From Rhodoferax sp. (GTDB lineage: Bacteria; Pseudomonadota; Gammaproteobacteria; Burkholderiales; Burkholderiaceae_C), in the NCBI GenBank assembly GCA_037968455.1, contig JBBKVN010000120.1, positions 1-35,762 of the forward strand: a DNA stretch of 35,762 nt, in the 5' to 3' direction. The notes under the pieces are model-generated. The model saw nothing but the letters and a program-made list of their open reading frames with translations, was not told the DNA's origin and did not search any database. Shown here piece after piece: positions 28,591 to 35,762 of the stretch; position 1 is the stretch's first letter, and each line of letters begins with the position of its first letter. Both the position numbers and the translations under genes were made by a program.

Positions 28591-30759
28591 TCAAATGCTC
28601 TTTTTCGATGTTGAATCAAAGGTTCGAAGTCCGGCACCAATCAGGTCGGTCGACAGGCCTAGCGCCCAGGCGGCTGCCACGGCAGCCATCACCATTTCAG
28701 GTTGCTCGGCTTTGCGGGGCTTGAGGGTGCTGAGAGGGATGGTTCCCACTTCATTCATGCCTTGGCACAGCACAATTTGCTGCTTGTGCAAATACACCAC
28801 CCGCTCACCACTTGCGCGATGGCTGGCAATGGCGGGCAGTTTGGCGTCCAGGCCATAAAAAATAACTTTTCCGTCGCACAGCGAGGCCATTTCCACCACT
28901 TGTGGGTCGGCTGCGTTCAGCACCGCTGTGCCTGTGGGGAGAATCACGTCCACTTGGGTTCGTACCACGTTGTAGAGCTTGTCCGAGGTGTCAATATAGA
29001 ACTCGTTCAGGCTTTCAAAGTCACTGACATCGGTCACCACACCCACCGAGCACTTGTCGTAGGCCAGGCCTTCACTCAAGATCATGCGACTGTTGTTCTC
29101 AAACACCCCGGCATCGACGCCGCGGTTGATCAGCACTCGCTCTGAACCTTCCCAATTCACGCCATCCTTGGCGTCAACCAGGCGGTTGCCCAGAAAGAAT
29201 CCATCTTGGCACGACAGGCCCACATTTTTGCCGCTGATGAAAAGCAGCCACGCGACCAAGCGGGCAATGCGCGTGGTGTTTTGAGTACCGGCCACGCCAA
29301 CAATGGGAATGCGGCCATTCTTGTCCGCCTCGAAGAGGTGCTCAATGATGGCCTTGCCAATGGGGCGAGGCAATCCTGCCGCGGGCTTCAAATGGGCCAG
29401 CAGGCCTGGGCTGGCGTTGACTTCAACCACCGCACCCCGTTGAGAATTCAGTGGTTTTGAGATGTCTTCCAGCACCATGTCGACACCGGCAATGTCCAAC
29501 CCGACCACGCGGGCGGCCAGCGCGGCCATGGCGGCCACACTGGGGTGCATGATGTCGGTTACATCGTTGGCGACGTTGCCATTGCGTTGAATCAACACGG
29601 TTTGCTCCTTGGCCGGGACCGAGGCCGCCGTAAAGCCCTGGCGCTCCAAATCCAGCTGAATTTCCGCAGACTTGTCAGGTTCGATCAGGCCCAAGGGCGC
29701 GTCCTCGTTAATGCCGCGCCGTGGGTCTGAGTTGAGCTGGCTGTTGACCAACTCCAAAATGGTGGAGTGGCCGTCACCGATCACCGAGGCAGTTTCGCCC
29801 CGAGCGGCGGCAATCACTCGTTTGCCAACAATAAGAAGCCGATGCTCGTTGCCTGGGATGAATTGCTCGATGATGACGCCGCCACTGCCTTGGCCCTGGG
29901 CCAAGGTGAACGCTGCCTCCACATCATGGCGTTGGGTCAGATCCAACGAGACGCCGCGGCCGTGGTTGCCGTCTTCGGGCTTGATAGCCACGGGCAGGCC
30001 TACGTCCTGAGCGACTTCCCAAGCTTCTTCCAGCGTTTGCACCAATTGACCTTGAGGCACCGGCACGCCGCAGGAGCTGAGCAGCGATTTCGTCAAATCT
30101 TTATCGCTGGCAATTTCTTCGGCAATGGCGCTGGTGTGGTCGGTCTCAGCGGTCCAAATGCGGCGTTGGCTGCTGCCGTGACCCAATTGAACCAAGTTGC
30201 CGTCGGTTAGCCGAATATGGGGAATGCCGCGGTCTGTGGCCGCATCCACAATGTGAGCCGTGCTGGGCCCCAGGCAATGCGAGTCGACCATGTCTCTCAG
30301 CTTCACGACGGTGGCATCGAGATCAAAGGGGCGGTCGTCAATGGCAGACATGAGCAAGTCGTTGGCTGCCGCGAGTGCGGCGCGCCCCACCTGCTCTTGG
30401 CGGGTGCGAAAGGCCATTTTGTACACCCCGCGCACTGAGGTCTCGCGGGCTTTCCCAAAGCCACTCTGCATCCCGGCCAGGTTTTGCAGCTCGATCACGA
30501 CGTGTTCCAGAATGTGCGCCGCCCAGGTGCCGTCGCGCAAGCGCTGCAGAAAGCCGCCGGGCTCACCCACGCCGCAGCGGTGGGCTTGCAGGCCTGGCAG
30601 TAGGGCAGTCAGGCGTTCGTAAAGGCCGGGAATGGTGTTGGAGGGCTGGTCTTCCAGTGTGCCGATGTCGACCCAAGCCTCAATGACCGGGCGATAAGTC
30701 CAGATATTGGGCCCACGCAAATAGGTAACGCGCAATAACTTAATGGTGTTTGTCGTCAT
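28591..30759 (-). CDS. Cyanophycin synthetase-like short paralog (CphA' type, ~722 aa)
   Basis: LRGPNIW, HILEHVVIELQ, LGPSTAHI, ATP-grasp (KPEDGNHGRGV, EVNASPGL). Degenerate P-loop GVAGTQNTT, and the protein ends before the GRFN/DYGHN region. Confidence 0.92.
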   Translation of the reverse strand: MTTNTIKLLRVTYLRGPNIWTYRPVIEAWVDIGTLEDQPSNTIPGLYERLTALLPGLQAHRCGVGEPGGFLQRLRDGTWAAHILEHVVIELQNLAGMQSGFGKARETSVRGVYKMAFRTRQEQVGRAALAAANDLLMSAIDDRPFDLDATVVKLRDMVDSHCLGPSTAHIVDAATDRGIPHIRLTDGNLVQLGHGSSQRRIWTAETDHTSAIAEEIASDKDLTKSLLSSCGVPVPQGQLVQTLEEAWEVAQDVGLPVAIKPEDGNHGRGVSLDLTQRHDVEAAFTLAQGQGSGGVIIEQFIPGNEHRLLIVGKRVIAAARGETASVIGDGHSTILELVNSQLNSDPRRGINEDAPLGLIEPDKSAEIQLDLERQGFTAASVPAKEQTVLIQRNGNVANDVTDIMHPSVAAMAALAARVVGLDIAGVDMVLEDISKPLNSQRGAVVEVNASPGLLAHLKPAAGLPRPIGKAIIEHLFEADKNGRIPIVGVAGTQNTTRIARLVAWLLFISGKNVGLSCQDGFFLGNRLVDAKDGVNWEGSERVLINRGVDAGVFENNSRMILSEGLAYDKCSVGVVTDVSDFESLNEFYIDTSDKLYNVVRTQVDVILPTGTAVLNAADPQVVEMASLCDGKVIFYGLDAKLPAIASHRASGERVVYLHKQQIVLCQGMNEVGTIPLSTLKPRKAEQPEMVMAAVAAAWALGLSTDLIGAGLRTFDSTSKKSI

Positions 30760-30984
30760 GAATCTCAACAAGTGTGACTGTCTGGCTTGGTATGCTTTTT
30801 CTGTTTTTTAGCATAGCACCCTGATGGAATCCTGCTCCCACGGATAATTGTCATCTAAAGTGGGTTTTAAACTTTGAGCGGTGCCTCGAAACATCGTGCT
30901 AATCTGGATTTTTACTACAAATATCAGTGCAAAGTCATGATTTGACCCCAAACCCACACTGAAATTGAAAGTTCACTGGCCTCA

Positions 30985-33252
30985 ATGACAACCGATTCCC
31001 CTGCCTTGGCGCCCGTTTTGCCAACCAATGACATTCCACTGGAGTGGCGCGCCGAGGTGCAAGCGCAACTTCAACGCGAAGAAATCGTTCTGGCCGTGCT
31101 GGAGGTGGACCTCGATACCCGCTTGTTCTTCGTGAATTCGCTGGTACTGGCCACCAACCAGCGGCTGCTCAGCCGCGTGGGCGCGTCGGAGTGGCAGTCC
31201 TGGCCCTACCAGGCCGGCTTGAAACTCACCCACCATGACCATGCTGGTGTTGGACACGTGAGTCTGCTGAGCGATCAAGGCCTTTTGGGCAGCTGGCGCT
31301 TCACGCTGGGGCGCAACTTGCAAGCCATTCGCTTGCAAGATCAGTTTCAAATCCAGTTGCAAAGCCACGTCACCGGCCAAGCGCCTGTGGTGGCAGAAGG
31401 CAACCGCTGCCCCAGTTGTAAGGCTCCATTGGCGCCGGACCAGGAAGAGTGCCCGATTTGCACCAAAGTCATGCACACACCGCCCAGCACCTGGACCCTG
31501 TTCAGGCTGTGGCGATTTGCCAAACCGTACAAGGGGCAGTTGCTGCTAGGGTTTTGTCTGACGCTGCTCGGCACCGCAGCCAGTCTGGTTCCGCCCTACC
31601 TGGCCATGCCCTTGATGGACGAGGTGTTGATTCCGTTCCAAAACGGTCAGCACATCGAACCCTCGCTGGTGGCGCTGTACCTGTCGGGCCTGTTTGGTTC
31701 GGCGTTTCTGGCTTGGGGCCTGTCCTGGGCCAAAACGTACGTGTTGGCATTGGTGTCAGAACGCATTGGCGCGGACTTGCGCACTACCACCTACGACCAC
31801 CTGCTGCGCATGTCGCTGGAGTACTTTGGCGGCAAACGCACGGGCGATTTGATGTCACGCATTGGCAGCGAGAGTGACCGAATCTGCGTCTTCTTGTCCT
31901 TGCACCTGCTCGACTTCGCGACCGATGTGCTCATGCTCATGATGACGGCGGCCATTCTTTTCTCGATCAACCCCTGGCTGGCCTTGGCCACGCTGGTGCC
32001 GCTGCCCTTCATCGTGTGGATGATTCACTCGGTGCGCTTCAAGCTGCAAACTGGGTTTGAGAAGATTGACCGGGTCTGGTCCGAGGTGACCAGTGTGCTG
32101 GCCGACACCATTCCCGGCGTGCGAGTGGTCAAGGCGTTCGCCCAAGAGACGCGTGAGTCCGCCCGTTTTCGCGAAGCCAACAAGCACAACCTGGCCGTCA
32201 ATGACAAGCTGAACAAGATTTGGTCATTGTTTTCGCCCAGTGTGTCCTTCGTCACCGAGTTGGGCCTGTTAGTGGTTTGGGGCTTTGGTATCTATCTGGT
32301 GGCGCAGGGCGACATCACGGTGGGTGTGTTGACTGCCTTCGTGGCCTATATCAGCCGGTTCTATGGGCGCCTGGATTCGATGAGCCGCATTGTGTCGGTG
32401 ACCGAAAAGTCAGCGTCTGCGGCCAAGCGCATTTTTGACATTTTGGACCATGTCTCCAGCGTGCCAGAGCCCGTCAAACCTGTGCCGCTGGACACAGTAA
32501 AGGGCAGCATCGAGTTGACCGATGTGAGCTTTCGCTATGGCAACCGCGAAGTGAACCGGGGCATCAATCTAAGTATTGCACCAGGCGAAATGATTGGCCT
32601 GGTGGGCCACAGCGGCTCGGGCAAGAGCACGCTGGTGAACCTGATTTGCCGTTTTTACGACGTATCTGAAGGCTCGATCAAGGTCGATGGCGTGGATGTG
32701 CGCTCCTACGCGGTGGCGGACTACCGGCGCAACATCGGCCTGGTGTTGCAAGAACCGTTTCTGTTTTTTGGCACCATTGCGGAAAACATTGCCTACGGCA
32801 AGCCCGATGCCAGCCGCGAAGAAATCATCGAGTCCGCGCGCGCCGCGCACGCGCACGAGTTCATCTTGCGTTTGCCGCAAGGGTATGACTCCATGGTGGG
32901 TGAACGCGGCCAAGGCCTGTCCGGTGGCGAGCGTCAACGCATCTCGATTGCCCGCGCCTTGCTGATTGACCCGCGCATTCTGATTCTGGACGAAGCCACC
33001 TCGTCGGTGGACTCCGAGACCGAGAAAGAAATTCAAAAGGCGCTGGAGAACTTGGTGAAGGGCCGCACTACCATCGCCATTGCCCACCGCTTGTCTACGC
33101 TGCACCGGGCTGACCGCCTGGTAGTGCTGGACCGTGGGCAGGTGGTCGAAATCGGCACGCACGATGACCTGATGGCGCGCGAAGGCGCTTATTTCAACCT
33201 TTACCAGGCCCAAGCCCGCAATATGGACGTCGACATGGACGATGCCCCATGA
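30985..33252 (+). CDS. Fused TMD-NBD ABC exporter with N-terminal zinc-ribbon extension (cyanophycin-cluster-associated)
   Basis: ~170-aa soluble N-terminus with CPSC..CPIC, ~6 TM segments, GHSGSGKST, LSGGERQR, ILILDEATSSVD, IAHRLST. Confidence 0.93.
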   Translation: MTTDSPALAPVLPTNDIPLEWRAEVQAQLQREEIVLAVLEVDLDTRLFFVNSLVLATNQRLLSRVGASEWQSWPYQAGLKLTHHDHAGVGHVSLLSDQGLLGSWRFTLGRNLQAIRLQDQFQIQLQSHVTGQAPVVAEGNRCPSCKAPLAPDQEECPICTKVMHTPPSTWTLFRLWRFAKPYKGQLLLGFCLTLLGTAASLVPPYLAMPLMDEVLIPFQNGQHIEPSLVALYLSGLFGSAFLAWGLSWAKTYVLALVSERIGADLRTTTYDHLLRMSLEYFGGKRTGDLMSRIGSESDRICVFLSLHLLDFATDVLMLMMTAAILFSINPWLALATLVPLPFIVWMIHSVRFKLQTGFEKIDRVWSEVTSVLADTIPGVRVVKAFAQETRESARFREANKHNLAVNDKLNKIWSLFSPSVSFVTELGLLVVWGFGIYLVAQGDITVGVLTAFVAYISRFYGRLDSMSRIVSVTEKSASAAKRIFDILDHVSSVPEPVKPVPLDTVKGSIELTDVSFRYGNREVNRGINLSIAPGEMIGLVGHSGSGKSTLVNLICRFYDVSEGSIKVDGVDVRSYAVADYRRNIGLVLQEPFLFFGTIAENIAYGKPDASREEIIESARAAHAHEFILRLPQGYDSMVGERGQGLSGGERQRISIARALLIDPRILILDEATSSVDSETEKEIQKALENLVKGRTTIAIAHRLSTLHRADRLVVLDRGQVVEIGTHDDLMAREGAYFNLYQAQARNMDVDMDDAP

Positions 33253-33737
33253 GCCAGATCACTCCGATGAACAAGTCTCGTTTTCAACTCACTCGCGACG
33301 CCTTTGACCGCTTGGTTTTGACCAATGCCGAGGGCGAGGTCTTTGAGGGCGTTGTCCCCGTGCGCGCCTACCCTATTCAGGCGCCGCAAGACGGCGTGGC
33401 CCTGGTGCACACCGATGGCCATGAAGTGGGTTGGTTGGACCGGCTCACCGATGCCCCCGCGCCCATTCAAGCGCTGATTCAGGAAGCGCTGGACACGCGG
33501 GAATTCATGCCCGAAATTCTCGATATTGCCAGCGTCACCAGCTTTTCCACCCCTTGCACCTGGAGCGTCAAGACCGATCGGGGTGACACCCGCTTTGTGC
33601 TGCGCGGGGATGAAGACATCCGCCGGGTTGGGCCGACGGTGTTGCTGGTCACCGACTCGCACGGAATTCAGTTCAAGATTCGTGACCTCACGCTGCTCAG
33701 CAAAGAGAGCCGTAGAATCATGGATCGTTTTCTATAA
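33249..33737 (+). CDS. DUF1854 family protein
   Basis: Motifs RDAFDRLVL, VVPVRAYPI, REFMPEI, WSVKTDRG, DIRR, DSHGIQF. ATGA overlap with the ABC gene. Confidence 0.8.
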   Translation: MSQITPMNKSRFQLTRDAFDRLVLTNAEGEVFEGVVPVRAYPIQAPQDGVALVHTDGHEVGWLDRLTDAPAPIQALIQEALDTREFMPEILDIASVTSFSTPCTWSVKTDRGDTRFVLRGDEDIRRVGPTVLLVTDSHGIQFKIRDLTLLSKESRRIMDRFL

Positions 33738-33738
33738 C

Positions 33739-33792
33739 AAATTGGCCTCTGGCCGGCGTCCACTATGCGGGAGCAGCTATCAATTGAGTAGC
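33739..33792 (-). repeat. 54-bp dispersed palindrome-headed repeat, intergenic copy
   Basis: Reverse complement reads GCTACTCAATTGATAGCTGCTCCCGCATAGTGGACGCCGGCCAGAGGCCAATTT; used as the reference for the other copies. Confidence 0.8.
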
Positions 33793-33842
33793 TGTTTGGT
33801 GCGCGTAGATGCTCGGACAGTGTGCCACCTTGCGGGCTCCAC

Positions 33843-34715
33843 ATGACCACTCATTTTGATTTTTCTCCCGCCGCGTTGTCCGCATTGGCTCAGACCGATG
33901 CCGCGCGCGCCTTGGCGGAAGACGTCGGTGCGGGTGACCTCACCGCCGGTTTGATAGACCCCACCCGCCAAGCCAAAGCCCGGGTGCTGGCCCGTGAAGC
34001 GGCTGTGATTTGTGGCGCACCCTGGGTGCAAGCCGCCTTGCAGCAGGTGGACCCCACCGCAAAAATTCAATGGTTGGTGGGCGAGGGCGAGCGTTGCGCG
34101 CCCGATCAGGTGGTGCTGGAAATGACCGGTTCGGCGCGCGCGCTGCTCACCGCCGAGCGAACCGCGCTTAACTTTTTGCAAACCTTGAGCGCCGTGGCCA
34201 CCAAAACCGCCAGCTACGTCGATGCCGTGCAAGCGGTGCCGGGGAACCGCGCGCAGATTGTGGACACCCGTAAAACCCTGCCGGGTCTGCGTTTGGCGCA
34301 GAAATATGCCGTGCGCACCGGCGGCGGCACCAACCACCGCATTGGTCTTTATGACGCCGTGTTGATCAAGGAAAACCACATTGCCGCAGCCGGCAGTGTC
34401 TCGGCGGTTTTGGCGCGCGCGGCGCAAGTGGCGCCCAGTGCCACCTTTGTCGAGATCGAGGTCGAAACCCTGACCCAACTGACCGAGGCGCTGGACGCCG
34501 GCGCCACCATGGTGCTGCTGGACAACATGACGCCTGACATGTTGCGTGAGGCCGTGCAAATCAACGCGGGTCGTGCCATTCTGGAAGTGTCGGGTGGTGT
34601 CAATATGTCCTCCGTGCGCGGTATTGCCGCCACGGGGGTGGATCGCATCTCCATTGGCGCTCTGACCAAAGATGTGCAGGCAATCGACTTTTCCATGCGC
34701 TTCAGCGCTGAATAG
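33843..34715 (+). CDS. nadC: Nicotinate-nucleotide diphosphorylase (carboxylating)
   Basis: Motifs ALAEDVGAGDLT, AERTALNFLQ, DTRKTLPGLR, NHRIGLYDAVLIKENH, LLDNM, ISIGALT. Start set at ATG 33843. Confidence 0.97.
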   Translation: MTTHFDFSPAALSALAQTDAARALAEDVGAGDLTAGLIDPTRQAKARVLAREAAVICGAPWVQAALQQVDPTAKIQWLVGEGERCAPDQVVLEMTGSARALLTAERTALNFLQTLSAVATKTASYVDAVQAVPGNRAQIVDTRKTLPGLRLAQKYAVRTGGGTNHRIGLYDAVLIKENHIAAAGSVSAVLARAAQVAPSATFVEIEVETLTQLTEALDAGATMVLLDNMTPDMLREAVQINAGRAILEVSGGVNMSSVRGIAATGVDRISIGALTKDVQAIDFSMRFSAE

Positions 34716-34827
34716 ACCGCCCGACCTTGATCCTGACCGGGTTGGCCTGAAGTAGGCTAAGTTATTCCGGTTCAATGGCTTCCGTTCAAAGGAAACCAAG
34801 TTTTGTTGAAATTGTGAGGAGTGCCCC

Positions 34828-35762
34828 ATGTCGTCCAACCTGTTGAATGTTGAATATGAACTGCCGCAGCAAGACGCCGTCTTGGGCACCGATGTCTGCG
34901 CCATCAAATACGCTTGGGCCCGCGTGCCTTCCGAGCCCAGCCCCGACGAGCGTGCCGAACTGAAGGACAAAATTCGCCGTCTGCTTAAAGAGCGCAACGC
35001 AGTCATGGTGTCGCACTACTACGTGCACCCGGATTTGCAGGACTTGGCCGAAGAAACCGGCGGCATCGTAAGTGACTCGCTGGAAATGGCCCGCTTTGGC
35101 CGCGACCACGAAGCCACCACCTTGGTTGTCTCCGGCGTGCGCTTCATGGGCGAAACCTCCAAAATTCTCTCGCCCAACAAAACCATTCTGATGCCCGACC
35201 TGGGCGCCAACTGCTCGCTCGACCTGGGTTGCCCGGTGGACGACTTCAGCGCCTTTTGTGACGCTCACCCTGATCGCACGGTGGTGGTTTATGCCAACAC
35301 CAGCGCCGCCGTCAAAGCTCGCTCCGACTGGCTGGTGACCTCCAGTTGCGCGCTGGACATCGTCAGTGCGCTTAAAGACAAAGGCCACAAAATTCTGTGG
35401 GCGCCAGACCGCCACCTGGGCGGCTACATTCAGCGCGAGACCGGCGCCGACATGGTCATGTGGGGCGGTTCCTGCATCGTGCACGACGAGTTCAAGGCTT
35501 TCGAGCTGGAAGCCATGAAGAAAGAGCACCCCGGCGCCAAGGTGCTGGTGCACCCCGAGTCGCCGCTGGATGTGGTCGCCTTGGCGGATGCGGTGGGCTC
35601 CACATCGGCCATTCTCAAGGCGGCCAGCGAGATGGATGCCAAAACCTTCATCGTGGCCACCGACAACGGCATGATGCACAAGCTGCGCACGCTAAACCCC
35701 GGCAAGGTGTTTCTGGAAGCGCCCACTGCCGGCAACAGTGCCACCTGCAAGAGCTGCGCCCA
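34828..35762 (+). CDS. nadA: Quinolinate synthase A (3' end outside window)
   Basis: Not in the ORF track (no stop in window). Manual translation from ATG 34828 (GAGGAG RBS): ...[11 protein letters not shown]...SDSLEMA...GVRFMGET...CSLDLGC...[11 protein letters not shown]...APDRHLG...CIVHDEF...VHPES...ATCKSCA. Confidence 0.96.
   Translation, partial: MSSNLLNVEYELPQQDAVLGTDVCAIKYAWARVPSEPSPDERAELKDKIRRLLKERNAVMVSHYYVHPDLQDLAEETGGIVSDSLEMARFGRDHEATTLVVSGVRFMGETSKILSPNKTILMPDLGANCSLDLGCPVDDFSAFCDAHPDRTVVVYANTSAAVKARSDWLVTSSCALDIVSALKDKGHKILWAPDRHLGGYIQRETGADMVMWGGSCIVHDEFKAFELEAMKKEHPGAKVLVHPESPLDVVALADAVGSTSAILKAASEMDAKTFIVATDNGMMHKLRTLNPGKVFLEAPTAGNSATCKSCA

Noticed and set aside
28591-30759. 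Short cphA paralog as a pseudogene
   Set aside because: The ORF is uninterrupted with intact N- and G-domain motifs and tight coupling to cphA. Short CphA' proteins are a known betaproteobacterial form.
30783-30796. Sigma-54 promoter (TGGC...TGCT) in the cyanophycin spacer
   Set aside because: The GG-to-GC spacing is 8 nt, not the required 10.
33770-33800. Palindrome upstream of nadC as an NAD-regulator (NadQ/NrtR) operator
   Set aside because: It is the head of the dispersed 54-bp repeat, which also occurs next to unrelated genes.
34716-34827. NAD riboswitch between nadC and nadA
   Set aside because: Only a short hairpin (TTGGCCT/AGGCTAA) is visible, and I cannot match a riboswitch consensus.
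33780-35679. Minus-strand ORFs of 408 aa and 297 aa that look like the main genes at the right end
   Set aside because: They are antisense to nadC and nadA. nadA is absent from the ORF track only because it has no stop codon in the window.
1-35762. CRISPR array, tRNA/rRNA, IS element, prophage or defence island
   Set aside because: I saw no regularly spaced repeats, RNA-gene signatures, transposase/integrase or phage genes. The nucleases present (EEP, DUF429, thermonuclease) are scattered in housekeeping context.

Overview
A ~35.8 kb, gene-dense chromosomal segment of a betaproteobacterium. Gene content and order point to Comamonadaceae (Rhodoferax/Polaromonas-like); this is inferred, not proven. 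Contents in order: ugpA (partial)/ugpB with a clear Pho-box promoter; a large FAD/4Fe-4S oxidoreductase; DUF971-ubiE-Tim44-ubiJ-ubiB; FmdB-DUF502-aspS-nudB-EEP-clsB; folE-BLUF-DUF429; a coupled GGDEF + FlhG/MinD-like pair; a secreted thermonuclease; gpmA-ctpA-moeB; rhodanese-grxC-secB-gpsA; two tandem cyanophycin synthetase paralogs divergent from an ABC exporter + DUF1854; nadC-nadA (partial). I saw no rRNA, tRNA, CRISPR array, transposase or phage genes. Most interesting: (1) The two CphA paralogs have reciprocally lost active sites. One keeps the Arg-ligating Mur-like domain but lacks the N-domain Zn-peptidase motif; the other keeps that motif but has a degenerate, truncated Mur-like domain. 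They sit head-to-head with a Zn-ribbon ABC exporter + DUF1854 and there is no cyanophycinase in the window. (2) A ~54-bp palindrome-headed dispersed repeat occurs at least 4-5 times. One copy is in frame inside a protein, one supplies a stop codon and one probably supplies a start codon. (3) A folE-BLUF-DUF429 unit links a blue-light sensor to pterin/folate synthesis.
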